DNA of 63,439 nt, the filler included, from Atractiella rhizophila (lineage: Eukaryota), in the NCBI GenBank assembly GCA_021432655.1. It is 3 parts of 3 records of this genome, joined end to end, with 100 filler letters (N's around TTAATTAATTAA, not from the genome) between each part and the next. Parts side by side here need not be neighbours in the genome. Positions count along the whole stretch, not along the records: positions 1 to 25,540 come from MU271769.1; positions 25,641 to 51,115 come from MU271770.1; 1 more part is not named here. One strand, 5' to 3'. The notes under the pieces are model-generated. The model did no database searches. It was given only the letters and a program-made list of their open reading frames with translations, and was not told the DNA's origin. Position 1 is the first letter of the stretch. Each line of letters starts with the position of its first letter. Positions 13,522-26,053 of this stretch are shown piece after piece. The position numbers and the translations under genes were made by a program.

Positions 13522-14573
13522 ATGGATAAAGTTCACTCAATCGACGAGAGCAAGCCCCCCTCAATTGAGAGTCCAACAAAAATTTCAGTTAGCCAATCTT
13601 CGAACTCCTNNNNNNNNNNNNNNNNNNNNNNNNNNNNNNNNNNNNNNNNNNNNNNNNNNNNNNNNNNNNNNNNNNNNNNNNNNNNNNNNNNNNNNNNNNN
13701 NNNNNNNNNNNNNNNNNNNNNNNNNNNNNNNNNNNNNNNNNNNNNNNNNNNNNNNNNNNNNNNNNNNNNNNNNNNNNNNNNNNNNNNNNNNNNNNNNNNN
13801 NNNNNNNNNNNNNNNNNNNNNNNNNNNNNNNNNNNNNNNNNNNNNNNNNNNNNNNNNNNNNNNNNNNNNNNNNNNNNNNNNNNNNNNNNNNNNNNNNNNN
13901 NNNNNNNNNNNNNNNNNNNNNNNNNNNNNNNNNNNNNNNNNNNNNNNNNNNNNNNNNNNNNNNNNNNNNNNNNNNNNNNNNNNNNNNNNNNNNNNNNNNN
14001 NNNNNNNNNNNNNNNNNNNNNNNNNNNNNNNNNNNNNNNNNNNNNNNNNNNNNNNNNNNNNNNNNNNNNNNNNNNNNNNNNNNNNNNNNNNNNNNNNNNN
14101 NNNNNNNNNNNNNNNNNNNNNNNNNNNNNNNNNNNNNNNNNNNNNNNNNNNNNNNNNNNNNNNNNNNNNNNNNNNNNNNNNNNNNNNNNNNNNNNNNNNN
14201 NNNNNNNNNNNNNNNNNNNNNNNNNNNNNNNNNNNNNNNNNNNNNNNNNNNNNNNNNNNNNNNNNNNNNNNNNNNNNNNNNNNNNNNNNNNNNNNNNNNN
14301 NNNNNNNNNNNNNNNNNNNNNNNNNNNNNNNNNNNNNNNNNNNNNNNNNNNNNNNNNTGTCTCAGTCAACAGTAGTAACTCCCCGATTACCTCTGAACTC
14401 TTTTCGACGAATAGAGTACGGATCAGGCCATGGAAGCGAGGGACACGAGGAAAACGGGTAGGCACTAAATGAGATACGAGTAGAACCCATCTCTGACATG
14501 TCGTACTATTTTTCTCTACAGCGATTCAGATGTCATCGGCTTACAATTTAAGTCATTACCTGGACAGTTCTGA
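13522..14573 (+). CDS. Hypothetical protein spanning an assembly gap (most of the sequence missing)
   Basis: ATG-initiated S/P-rich frame enters the gap; open frame exits, followed by an intron-like GTAGGC..CTACAG (~14458-14521) and a short terminal exon. Confidence 0.25.
13610..14357. other. Assembly gap (748 N)
   Basis: Run of N. Confidence 1.
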
Positions 14574-15065
14574 AGGATAACTCGACATGTTCTCAACAGA
14601 TCAATGTTTCACATAGTATACTTCTTTCTAACCACGTTTATGTGCAAAGCAAGAAATAAGCACACCTTGTCAATGTCAACCGTTATTCGTCTAACAAGCG
14701 AAGACCACATGTACACAGAAACCCGGCTCTAACCAATCACTCTCTGTAGCACTGCACGTTGCTCCTGTCGACGCCGCATTTCAGCAAGTGCCATCTTTGA
14801 TACTGGAGTGTGGTGGAAAGATGGCTCCGACTTGCTGAAAAGTGATGGTAAGTTGTTCTTTTGTCATGGGTCATGTGATGTGACATTCAACAGTACACAA
14901 GCCACAAATTGCAAAGATTCCTTGAGGAGTTTGGGATGGAGGTATAGATATTAGACACCCGCTAGCTCTACAACACTTTTCAATCTATCTCACTTTGTGC
15001 AGGCGAGCAGCAACTCCTCCATACATCTGATCCGCCACCCTGTCCTCAGCAAAGTGGGGGCATGC

Positions 15066-16759
15066 TCAGAGCTTAGCGATGATAGCATCCGTGAATTGCT
15101 TCGTGGATGCCTTTCCACCCAAATCACCAGTGATAGACTTGCCCTCCGCAATGGTCTGTACCCCATTCCCGCATGTTAGATATAACACTTCTACCTTCCC
15201 ATAGGGTGACAAGAAGAAAGAAGATGATGAAGAAAGAGAGAGGGGAGAGCTTACGCCAAGGGCGGCTTTCTCGATCCTATCCGCATGCTCATAAAGCCTC
15301 ATGTGCCTCAACATCATCAAACTGCTCAACAACAACGCTGTCGGGTTCGCCTTTCCTTGTCCAGCGATATCAGGTGCGGATCCGTGAACGGCCTCAAAGA
15401 TTGACGCGTCCTTTCCAATGTTTCCGGAAGGAGTGAGACCCAGACCGCCGATGAGACCAGCGCACATATCGGAGAGGATGTCGCCGTACAACTATTTACG
15501 CGCCTTCGTCAGGAATGGAAAAAAAGAGGAGGGATAAAGGACTGACGTTAGGCATGACCATGACCCTGTCTGCATAAGGTGCAGGGTTCTGAACCACCCT
15601 CAAGCAGACCCTATCGAGGAGGTCCTCCTCGTATGTGATTTGGGGGAACTCAGCGGCTACCTTTCTGCAAGCTTGGAGGAAAGTACCGTCCGAAAGCTTC
15701 CTGCAAATCAAGATGACGATCAGAGAGTTGAACGTTGAAACGGGGGAAAGGCGCACATGATTGGCGCCTTGTGTACGGCGGTGACGTTCGACCTCTTGTT
15801 GTTCACTGCATAGTTGAATGCATATCGAGCAACTCGCTCGGAGGCTTCAAAAGTGATGAGTTTGATAGATTGGACGACACCGTCGACAACCTGTCCATTC
15901 TTACGTTCAACATCTTTTCTGATTCACAACAGGGAGAGAAGCACCTCGTGTTCGATACCAGAATACTCTCCCTCGGTATTCTCACGAATAATGACCGAAT
16001 CCACGTTATCATAGGGAGTCTTGTAACCAACGATGGAACGGCAAGGCCTGACGTTTGCGAAGAGGTTGAACGTTCGACGCAGGGTCAGGTTGAGAGAGAC
16101 ATGTCCTTTCCCAACTAAGCACATGTTTCAGCACCTCATCATGTGAAGGACAGAAAACCAACTTGGTGTCGCCAAAGGACCCTTCAGTGCGACGGTGTTC
16201 TTTCGGATGTTCTCAATGGCAGCGTCGGGAATTGTCTGCTTCCCATCCTTGATGACTGGCGCGACGTTGACCTCTTCCCATTCTACTGGGACCTTCCCGT
16301 CCAACCACATTTTTACAACCCTTCCGGCTGTGTAAGGCAAGAGAAACACACCTTTGCCTTTTCATAAATTGCTTGAACGGATTCCGAAATTTCAGGTCCA
16401 ATACCGTCACCAGAAATCAAGGAGACCTGTTGACTTCTCAGCTCGCGCTTCGTCCCACTAATAACCGTACAAAGTAATTGCCCTAACACCTAAATTAATA
16501 CCATGTTGTTTGGGAGCAGAAAACTCACCCTGGAGCTTTTGACACCCTTGAAATCACCCACCGGCGAGCTCTGCTCCGTATGAGGTTTGGCTTGGGTGGA
16601 AGCGTATCGCAGCTGGTACCTTTGCGTATTAGCATTATTTCCTATGAACACCCTAGAGCCACTAAAAGGCTCTAAGAGGAACAGAGGACGACACACCTGT
16701 GTTGCTGCCCCGCGGCTGAGGGAAGAGCGAAGGAGAGAGGAAGCACCGAGCAGGCTCAT
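15066..16759 (-). CDS. IDH2: Mitochondrial NAD-dependent isocitrate dehydrogenase, catalytic subunit 2
   Basis: Mitochondrial-type presequence; [86 protein letters not shown]. Confidence 0.95.
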
Positions 16760-17072
16760 CGTCGCAAATTTTGTGGCCCGTCATTGTCGGTGTCAGGTAC
16801 GTACACTGCTGAGGTCGGTTATACCGGTCATCTGTCCGGGAAGTCAACTGAAATCCATCAAAACCAACTGGACCACCTTTCGGAACTCTTTCTGTACTTT
16901 TGAGCATAGAAAGTGCTGCAATAACTGTGGGTGCTAGGCTTTGACGTGTATGGCTCCTCATTCCCTTTTTTCAGGTTGAAAACGGCTGACGCTTTACCGT
17001 GAATAACTTCCCCACTGCCAACATCTGACTTCACGCTGCAGCAACAGTTCAAAGGATTAATAAAGCACGAGC

Positions 17073-19366
17073 ATGTCTTTAGGAGTTGTAGCTACACGGC
17101 CCTACAAGCCAATAACTCGAGAAGAGGTGGCGAAACACAACAAGCGAGATGACTGTTGGATTATCATCGACACTTACGTCTATGTTCGTCCTTTTCTCCT
17201 CTACTTTCCTCTACATTACGACATCAGTATTTGATGCTTGACGGTATAGAACATTACTTCGTTCATAGATATGCATCCTGGAGGTGCCGCTGTCCTGTTA
17301 GACGCAACAGTTGCAGGGAAAGACTCTACCGACTCCTTCTTTGGCCTTCATCGCGCTGAAGGTTTGTCTACCCATATTTCACCCATATTTTTTCTGATTC
17401 ACGAAACTCTCTCAGTGCTGGAAAAGTATCCTCGCCTAATAATTGGCCGGGTACCCAACGAATCCACACGGGTCGTAATCCGTCACGCCGGAGAACTCTC
17501 TCGCGTTCCGCACGCTGAACCTCTCTGGCTCACCCCTGGTTACCATACGCCTTACTACAATGATTCCCACCGCGCTTTTCACAAAGCGTTGAGGAAGATC
17601 TTCGATGAGAAGCTGCGCAGGAAGGCATGGGAGATCGAAGAGAGTGGCAAGTGGGATCTGGGCCTTTTGAAGGAAATGAGCGAGTGGCATTTCCAGAGGA
17701 TGCGTTTGGGCCCTGGAAGTCATATGAAAGGTATAATTCTGCCTGGAGACCTGAAGGGAGAAGACTACGATTACTTTCATGAGTACGGTTGTCCGTCACA
17801 TCCACGCATGGTTTCTGAGGATTGCTGTGAACCAGGCTCATTTTCACGCAAGAGATTGGGCGAATGGGCGCAAGAACGATGTTTGATGGTGTACGCCGTC
17901 CTTTTCCTTCATCCACCTGTGTCATTAATTTGAACCCTGAACAGTTCGTCAGCGGTCTTTCCATTGGCCTTTCCACCATTTACAACTATGCCTCTCAAGC
18001 GGTCTGCATTTTACCTGGCATAAAAGCTAAATCACTGATGCATGGTGGATGCAGGTGAAGGACGAAGTGATGGAGCCTTGTCTCCGCTCCGACAAGTACA
18101 TCTGTCTCGCAATCACCGAAGGTCTATCCTCTCCTTTCCTACCTCCTTGCCTCTCTTAAATGCTCGTTACATAGCGTTCATGGGTTCTGACGTCGCTGGA
18201 ATTCGCACAACCGCCGAGAAGACGGCGGATGGAAAACACTGGATTATTAATGGCACGAAGAAGTGGATCACCAACGGAATGTTCGCCGATTACTTCGCAA
18301 CTTGCTGCAAGACAGGACCCAACGGACATCTTACGATGATACTTGTTAAGCGAGGAGAGGGAGTAGAGACGAAGCAGATCTCTACAAGTTACTCGACAGC
18401 GGCGGGTACGTTCATCATTGTTTGCTGATGGCTGGGTTTAACAGCTACTGGGTGATACAGGCACGGCATTCGTCACATACGATAATGTTAAAGTTCCCGT
18501 TGAGTATACGCTAGGGAAAGAAGGAAAGGGACTGAACGTCACCCTGAGCAACTTCAACCACGAGCGGTGTACGTATCCTTCCTTCCCGATCAGAGGAACT
18601 CTGCTCCTGAGATCATTGTGTAGGGATGATGAATTGTGGGATGGTCGCTACATCCCGCGTGATGGTCGAAGAATGTTTCAAGGTATGCCTTTAGCCTGAC
18701 CTCTTTTCACCAGGGTAGGGAATGCTGCTTAAAACCTGTTGCAGTGGTCCCATCAGCGTAAAGTGTTCGGCAAGCCCCTAATCCAACAACCCGTCATCCG
18801 CCAAAAGTTTGCGGCAATGTTTTCAAAGGTGGAAGTGATGCAGTCGTGGCTCGAGACGGTAACATATCAAAGTGCCATATTCATTTGACTACCCATGGCA
18901 CTATTTGATGTGCCCGATGTTTTTAGTGTGCACTATGAGCTATGAGGAGATGTCCGACCTCCTCGCGGGGCAGATAGCACTGCAGAAGATGTTCCTTACT
19001 CGGAACATCCAAGATATAGCAGATGATGCGGTGCAGATTTTTGGAGGACGGTACGTTTTGATTTTTTTGGCTACGGTGGGAGATTGATGGATATGGTCAC
19101 TTGACAGAGGAATCACAAAAACGGGGATGGGAAAACTCATTGAGAATTTCCAGAGGAGCTATAAATTTGAAGCAATCCTTGGTTCGTATTGATCTTGCCG
19201 TCGAATTTTGTTCTAAACTGCTGTTGTTTAGGTGGCAGTGAGGAAGTATTAGGTGACTTAGGAGTTCGACAAGCGATGCGAAAGGTACGTTTTCCTTTCC
19301 CCTCATTCTTTGCCCTAGAACATCTCTCAAACTGCTTATTATTAGATGCCTCGTGCTGTACTCTAA
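17073..19366 (+). CDS. Acyl-CoA dehydrogenase with N-terminal cytochrome b5-like domain
   Basis: ITREEVAKHNKRDDCWIIID, HPGG (b5 heme motif); GSDVAGIRTTA, INGTKKWITNG, SNFNHERW, QRKVFGKPLIQQPVIR, AVQIFGGRG, ILGGSEEVLGDLGVRQ. Confidence 0.93.
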
Positions 19367-19690
19367 ACAGCCTTTCGTTTTCAAGACACGGAAGACTACC
19401 TCTACTGCTTTCTCCTTCATGTTCGCGATAACGTCAGTTCAAGATCTTGCACACCGTAACCTTCTCTGCTTCTGTCACCACCTAGCTGTCACATCCCAGC
19501 GAGAAAATAGCATTTCTATTTCTCAGGCTGTGGGTTGAGCTGCAAGAGAATAAGAACACGTTCCACAAGAGGGTGAGGGCGTTAACTCATTGTCAAGGCG
19601 TTCAGATAAGTTTCAGTTAAGTACCACATCCCATTCTTAGCCGAGGGGAATGCCTAAAACAGACTCATAACCGAGTTGAACATGGTTGAA

Positions 19691-20098
19691 TTAATTCCCA
19701 TCATGCGCCTCCACCTCAACTTCGATCTTCAGTCCACCAAACAAAGCAGCTACTCCGACTACAGTCAATAGCGGCCTATGCTGCGGGCAGTATCTCCTCA
19801 GCAACTTCACACAGGCCTCCGCTGCTCTCTCTTCCATCTTCTCCCCCACCAGGTAAATGCGAACTGAATAGACGTTCTCCCATCCTTGCAATCCAGCTGC
19901 TTTCAACGCTTCTTCCACGTTCTCAAACGCTTTCTCTGCTTGCTCTACCAGGTCGGAAGAGCTCTCCCCGGAGGCTGACATGCCGACTTGCCCAGACAGC
20001 TTCACTATGCCTCCGGGGAGACGGACGGCGGCGGAGTAGTGGTGAAGAGAGCCTAGCTTTTCGCCAATGGAATGATTGAAATAAGAGAGCTGGGACAT
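19691..20098 (-). CDS. Rid/YjgF/UK114-family protein (YjgH-like), intronless
   Basis: HYSAAV, LSGQVG, QAEKAFENVEEAL, HRPLLTVVGVAAL..KIEVEVEA. Confidence 0.88.
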   Translation of the reverse strand: MSQLSYFNHSIGEKLGSLHHYSAAVRLPGGIVKLSGQVGMSASGESSSDLVEQAEKAFENVEEALKAAGLQGWENVYSVRIYLVGEKMEERAAEACVKLLRRYCPQHRPLLTVVGVAALFGGLKIEVEVEAHDGN

Positions 20099-20883
20099 GG
20101 TCTCTTGTTTTCAAAGTGGTCGTGGGGATACTGGGGTAAAGCGGGGGTGAATGATGATGGCTTGATTTGCCCAATATTTCTGCTGCCGCGTCCAGTCAGA
20201 ACGGCTTAAAGGCCCCCAAAGCACTCACATTTGATGATCTAGCAAGAGTGATGTTCTATCCCTCGTGTCAATACCATTTTTATATGGTCCTCTCTCTTTC
20301 CCGTCGTTCCCGACAGCTCTTGGTAGCCAAGATCTGGCGGAAAGAAATTGTTGGCATAACGAGTCAAAGACAGTTACCCTAACGCTAAGTTATTAAGTCT
20401 TCTAAACTACTCTATTATGAGGAGGAGAACACCGAGAGACCTCCCTTTATCCTCCAGTGAAGGCGGAAGATTTGATGAGCATGACCACCTGCCAGTGGTT
20501 ACTGGTTACTAAGAAGGGGTCCCTTAATACTTGCCCACCGAGAATACCACCAGTCTACGTCCTCGCCTCAATACTCAATGATGTACTAAGTGTCTCGACC
20601 TAAACTTGGCTAGAGAAAAACGAAAGTGCATTAAGCCATTCGGTACCCAGTCCCAGTCAAGACCAGTCCAACATGAAGTAAAAAGAAGTCAAGAAAGACC
20701 AGAGAGGTCTTGATCTTCAACATAAAACGTTCAACGATGTGGCCACCAGCATGTAGTGGCAAGATTTAACCAGGCAATGATTACGACAAGATAGGAAGCG
20801 GAAGCGGAACGGAATGAAAAGGCCAGGTTGAGGAAGGTATCCACAACGAAATAATGATAGGGGCTCCCGATGGAAGCGAACTC

Positions 20884-22144
20884 CTAGTTCTGCACGAACG
20901 CGAATGTCTGGAGAGCTTCATCAGCGACAGAAGGGATGCGGGGAGAAGAAAAGACGTACGAGGACATCATCGCTCACCGATTGCTGGTAATGCTCTTCCG
21001 TCTGACCGATGTCCCCCGAGACGAAAACATGGTCTTGGAGGAGGAAGAATTGAAGTTTGGCTGTGCCACACACGGAGTGAGACGACTAGGTTAAGAGGGG
21101 GGAGGGGGGAAGGAAGACATACAAGATCCCCATGATCCCGTCAAAGCACCGTTTGACGCTTTGAGCGTCCACTACATATGGCTTGTTAATATTGCGCTTT
21201 GGAGGAAATGCTGAAGAAAAAACGTACACAAGACGATGTGCTCTCAGTATCTTTCTTCGTAGCCAAGTTACCCACGGCCGCAGGGGAGTCGGCTATTCAA
21301 GGTTGATTCAATAAAACAAGGAATACGAAGGAAAGAAAATTAGGAAACATACACTTCTTCGTAAAAGTGAGCGCTCCAATCTGAGCTGATCCCTTTCCGA
21401 TATTATCCGACACTGTCTCGTCTCCCACGCTCGCGATGCCAAGCACAGGATAATTGGCAGCCTGGGCAGAATTCTACATACCCACACAAACCAGTAAGTC
21501 TCTATCTGAGCGCAGTGATGCAATGCAAGGGTGCAAGAAAGGGGATGGGAGAGGAGGAGGACCTCACCCAGATTCTCAGCTCATTATTCTCCGCCACATA
21601 TCGCACCGTTAAAGCGCTTGCTGCCTTTGTCGTGAGGGAAACGACTCCGCTCCCTGTAGTAAAAGAGTTGGCGAGGTAGCCGACTGAATCTCCATCTGCA
21701 CCGGTTAAGTATTCAGTCGGGGGAGGACGAGGTATCAACTGAGGGGAGCCGGGACATACTCTGGAAAACTTGAATCTTCCCTACGACGTCGCCTGGTGTT
21801 GCTCCATCCGTCGTAGAGTTCGATGACGATCCTGACAATAGATCTACGCCATCATCGACACATTAGCAGGTCAATCTAGGGAGGGAGATCGATTCCGTCG
21901 ATCCTCTCGTCATTGGAAGGTTGCAGAACATTGGCGCATTTTGAAGCAGGGTGGAGAAGGCAAACGTACCATCTACCAGCCCCTTCTTCACCACTTGCAA
22001 CCTTGCAGCGCGTGCTTTATGCGAGCTCTGGACGAATCTCCTCTCAACCAGGCTGGTAAGGGAGCCTGAGTTGGGACGTGCGACGGCCGAGGTGACCGAG
22101 GAGAGGATGAGGGGGAGGGACAGAAGCGCGGTGAAGAACTTCAT
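20884..22144 (-). CDS. Hypothetical secreted protein, multi-exon (3' end approximate)
   Basis: Signal peptide MKFFTALLSLPLILSSVTSAVA, propeptide with dibasic site VERR; series of short exons bounded by GT-AG. Confidence 0.55.
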
Positions 22145-22510
22145 GGTTGTCTGGAATGATACAGTAAAAGAGTGAAGCTGAAGCCGAAGGGCGTAGAAGT
22201 TGGGTATCTGTGAGATATAAACTTGCGTCTGAATTCCTTCGTCGTCCTGAGGTAGCCGCACCGCGGGAATGCGGATCTCGTGATTTTTTTCACCTTATTT
22301 TCGAAAACGAGCACTCTGGTGTCATATACATAATGTGCATAATACGTGATGCGATGCCAAGTTTTGCACGCTAAGTGGATGTCATCAATATTGCGAGATA
22401 ATGGCATTCTTCACGGGCTACCGAATTTACATGGGTGACAAAGAACAGTGAAGACATACAAGCCGTCTATCTCGAATCACTTTCCCTGCTGCCTCTTCCG
22501 AGTATCACAT

Positions 22511-22900
22511 CTAGGAGCGGAACTCATCCTTGATATCGTATGTCTCAGTCTTCTCGCACAAGCTGAACAAATCTCGCCCACGTTTGAGAGACCGAGCACT
22601 TGTTCTTTCCCCTGATGATCCATTGTCACCTGTCAAATTTAGCTTTATTGTAGACCAGAGAGAATCACTTACAAAACACACTGAAATATTCACGTAAATG
22701 GTTGGTGCACTTATTGGAAACCGCACCGATTTCTGATTTTGTTGGGGTATATGCATATACCTCGATGGCACCAGAAAGTGCACGAGACCAGGAGAATTCG
22801 TATGCAGTCTGCCTCAGTATTGTAATACCTTCCATATTGAAGTACCTTCGTTGTGACCCTCGGTTAAAGATACGGCATCAATGACGCAAAAATGAGCATA
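22511..22900 (-). CDS. Possible small hypothetical gene or gene relic (5' extent unknown)
   Basis: Terminal exon GDNGSSGERTSARSLKRGRDLFSLCEKTETYDIKDEFRS* preceded by intron-like sequence; no recognisable domain. Confidence 0.2.
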
Positions 22901-23575
22901 AACGCTTCATGAGTGGTTGCATAGCAATTCATAATTTCTTTCTGATATCCCATCCCTACCAACAGAAAATGCCAACAGACGAAAAAATAGGTAATAAATA
23001 TAACCCCGCAAGTAGTACCTTCAGACCACAACCTGATCTTCAAGTGTGGAAGGGGGTCCCTTCATCTCAAGATTGATCTCCCAAAAGCGCGTTAAGCAGA
23101 ACCTCTACATTAGATGCCATAATGATACATGTGTTGAACATGAATCGGCGGAGGACTCCTAGGCGTAGGCTTTTGGGATAAAACGAAAGAATAAAAAAAT
23201 TTCAAACAACCCTCCCAACCAATCCCAACCGAAGCCGGGAAAGGAAACGAGCTCGCTCACGGAGACAACACGAAGTAATCCGTTTGAAAGAAGCCCCCAT
23301 AGTGTTTGTCAAAATAGAGCTACATTGATAAAGTCGAGCCTAGTATCAGCACTGTTGTATTGGGAAGGAGCTCCTTCCTCCAACTTCCTATTTACTCGTC
23401 GCAAAAATTTCGTGTCGATGCTTTTATAAGGGGTACTGCCGCTGTACGCATTGTACTTGCGCATTCCACGGAACATGCCGCTTTTACATCAGCCACTTAT
23501 ATTATATTTCTTCAGCAATCCCATATTTCATAGTTTCATAGGTCCAGTGTTTACGTTGCAGCACAACCACGCGAC

Positions 23576-25216
23576 ATGCCGGCCTCAGAATACTACTCAC
23601 CGCGCACCAGACGTCCTACCGCCAAGTCCAAGGTCAACGCTAAACGCGTTCCATCAGACGAAGAGTCGTCACACTCTGAGGGCGATCATTCCGAGTTCTC
23701 TGCCCATTCCGATGAAGAAGAAGATAAGGAGAGCGTGGCAAGTGAAGACATAGACGCGAGTTCGGATGGAGGAAAAGGAAAGAATAAGAAGCGAAAGAGA
23801 GCTACGGCAAGGGATGACGGGAGTGCGAAGAAGAAGCTAAAGGGTAACGGAAACGGGAGGTCTACTCCTACAGGGAAGGGGACGAAAGTCATTAAGGAGG
23901 TGAAACAGGTTGAAGCTCCTCGAAAGCAAGGTGGGTGTAATACCTTTCCCAATAAGGACATTTGGGAATTCCTCGTCTTGTGTCTTCAGCACCACCTGGA
24001 CAAATTGCCCGAACCACCATGGACTTTCTCTCAGCGCTCTGCGACCCTTCAAAGAATGACCGCGAATGGTTTGCGATTCACGAACCCTTGTATAAGCACG
24101 CGCTCGCAAACTGGCATGCGTTTGTCGATGCTCTTCAGCCTCTGTTGGTCGAAGCCGACCCAACAATCCCGATCCTTCCCAGCAAGGATTTGGTGCATAG
24201 GATCTATAGAGATGTTAGGTTCTCCAATGACAAAACACCGTATAAGAAGAATATGTCAGCTGCGTTCTCGAGGGCGGGAAGAACAGGAGCATTCGCATCG
24301 TAAGCTTCTCTGCTTTTCGTTTGTTTCAGAAGGTGCTATTGGCAATATCACGCCAAGTATCTAAGTCGCGTACACAGCGATGTCATTCGGTATATTGTTA
24401 GGGCTTGTTAGCTAGTCTATAGGTTTCATCATAGCTTGCATATTGTGTTCAACCAAACAGAATACTAATCCTCTTTCCTGTCATAGATATTACCTGCACA
24501 TCCGTATGCGTTCCTTTTCTGCCATCACCGACTTCTAATTTTGCTTCCCAACCCAACAGAACCTGGCGACGGCTCTCTCCTTGCGTGTGGTCGATGGTCC
24601 CCACCCTCTTCTGAGCTTATCACGCTACGTCACTCCTTCCTCGACCCCGTTAAGAACAAGAAGTTCCGTCGAATAATCAATGAAGAAAAATTTGTCAAGT
24701 TCTTCGGGCCGGCGAAAGCAGGACGGAAGGGGAAAGGGAAGAGATGCAATGTTTTTGGGCACGAGGATTATTTGAAGAAGGCACCTAAAATGCAGGGAGT
24801 CACGAAGGATCATAAGGATATTGATTTGTTGAGATTGAAGACGGTGGGAGTGAGCATGACGTGCGTTCCATCCTTTCACGCCCGCTATGTGCCGTCCCAT
24901 CAATGAGCAATGGATTCACGTCTGAGTGTAGGTTCAAAGATGAAGAAGTCTTGTCACCGGAGTTTAAGTACATTCTTTTCGAGGTATTCAAGGCACGTTC
25001 CCTCTTTAGCCATTGGTTGAAATTTTGTACCTTGAACTGAAGGACGAGCAGGTCATGTCCCCCTTTGTCCGCTACCTTAACGTGCTCCTCCGTCCGCGTT
25101 CGAGGGATTCCTCTGATGATGACGAGGATGATGACGACGAGGACGAGGAAGCTAACGATGAACAACCACAACAGGAGGAGGAGGAGGAAGCCGAGGAGGA
25201 TGACAACGTAGTGTGA
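23576..25216 (+). CDS. DUF2461-family protein with acidic/basic low-complexity termini
   Basis: NDREWF, HRIYRDVRFSNDKTPYK, YYLHI, LKKAPK, HKDIDLLRLK. Confidence 0.88.
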
Positions 25217-25381
25217 GGCAATCCCATAGGGAACGATCGTGAAGTTTGGCTTGTGTAATGTAACTTATTCTTTGATGTATGCATATTCATCTCCCTTCCG
25301 TTCAGCATCGAACCTCAACCTGTCAATGCACCACATTGTCCAGACTTATGAAGGAACCCAAATAGATTAGGCTGTCTTTCT

Positions 25382-25540
25382 CTAATTGTACACCTGATAC
25401 AAGCCCGTAGACGAGAACTTGCTGCCTTGACGAATAACCTTGTCGATGGCATCCAAGAAGTCCTTCTCAGAGCAAACCTTCCTCCTTGCACGGATGGCGA
25501 ACATCCCAGCCTCGGTGCACACGCTCTTCAGCTCCGCTCC
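25382..25540 (-). CDS. RPT1: 26S proteasome AAA-ATPase subunit Rpt1/PSMC2, C-terminal fragment only (cut by gap)
   Basis: [52 protein letters not shown]. Confidence 0.88.
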   Translation of the reverse strand, partial: GAELKSVCTEAGMFAIRARRKVCSEKDFLDAIDKVIRQGSKFSSTGLYQVYN

Positions 25541-25640
25541 NNNNNNNNNNNNNNNNNNNNNNNNNNNNNNNNNNNNNNNNNNNNTTAATTAATTAANNNN
25601 NNNNNNNNNNNNNNNNNNNNNNNNNNNNNNNNNNNNNNNN
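25541..25640. other. 100-nt scaffold gap with TTAATTAATTAA linker
   Basis: Ns flanking TTAATTAATTAA at 25585-25596. Confidence 0.98.
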
Positions 25641-25885
25641 TCGGCACCCGAGCCACATTGCAACGAAACCAACACCCAAGACAGTCATCTCACGAGGTGG
25701 CGCCCGAGCCGCTTTGCAACAAAACCAACACCACAACTCGCCGGACAGCAGTCGCGAGGCGGCACCCAAGCCACTTTTCAGCGAAACCCACACCAACACA
25801 TCCATCCGACAACACTCGCGAAACAACATGCGAACCAACACCCACACGACATCCCACAGCACTCGCGAGGCGACACGTGAACCAG
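25641..25885. repeat. Degenerate ~55-bp satellite (family A)
   Basis: Recurring ACTTTGCAACGAAACCAACAC..CCGACAGCACTCGCGAGGCG; same family as 27120-27900. Confidence 0.75.
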
Positions 25886-26053
25886 TGTCTGAAAAGGAAT
25901 GTGTGGACAAAATACCCAGCTCTCATACCTCAAAAATTGCAATTGCTCATTACTTCGCCCCATGCAATTTTAGATGTAAGTAGCATGAATAGGAGGTCAG
26001 AGATGTAATTTCAACGATGTTAATGTGTATTGACAATGAGTGAATATTAAAAA

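Noticed and set aside
13522..14472. ~300-aa ORFs in three frames
   Set aside because: Their length comes from the N gap.
25585..25596. TTAATTAATTAA as a biological motif (also 51160-51171)
   Set aside because: Centred in exactly 100-nt gaps; an all-frame-stop scaffolding linker.
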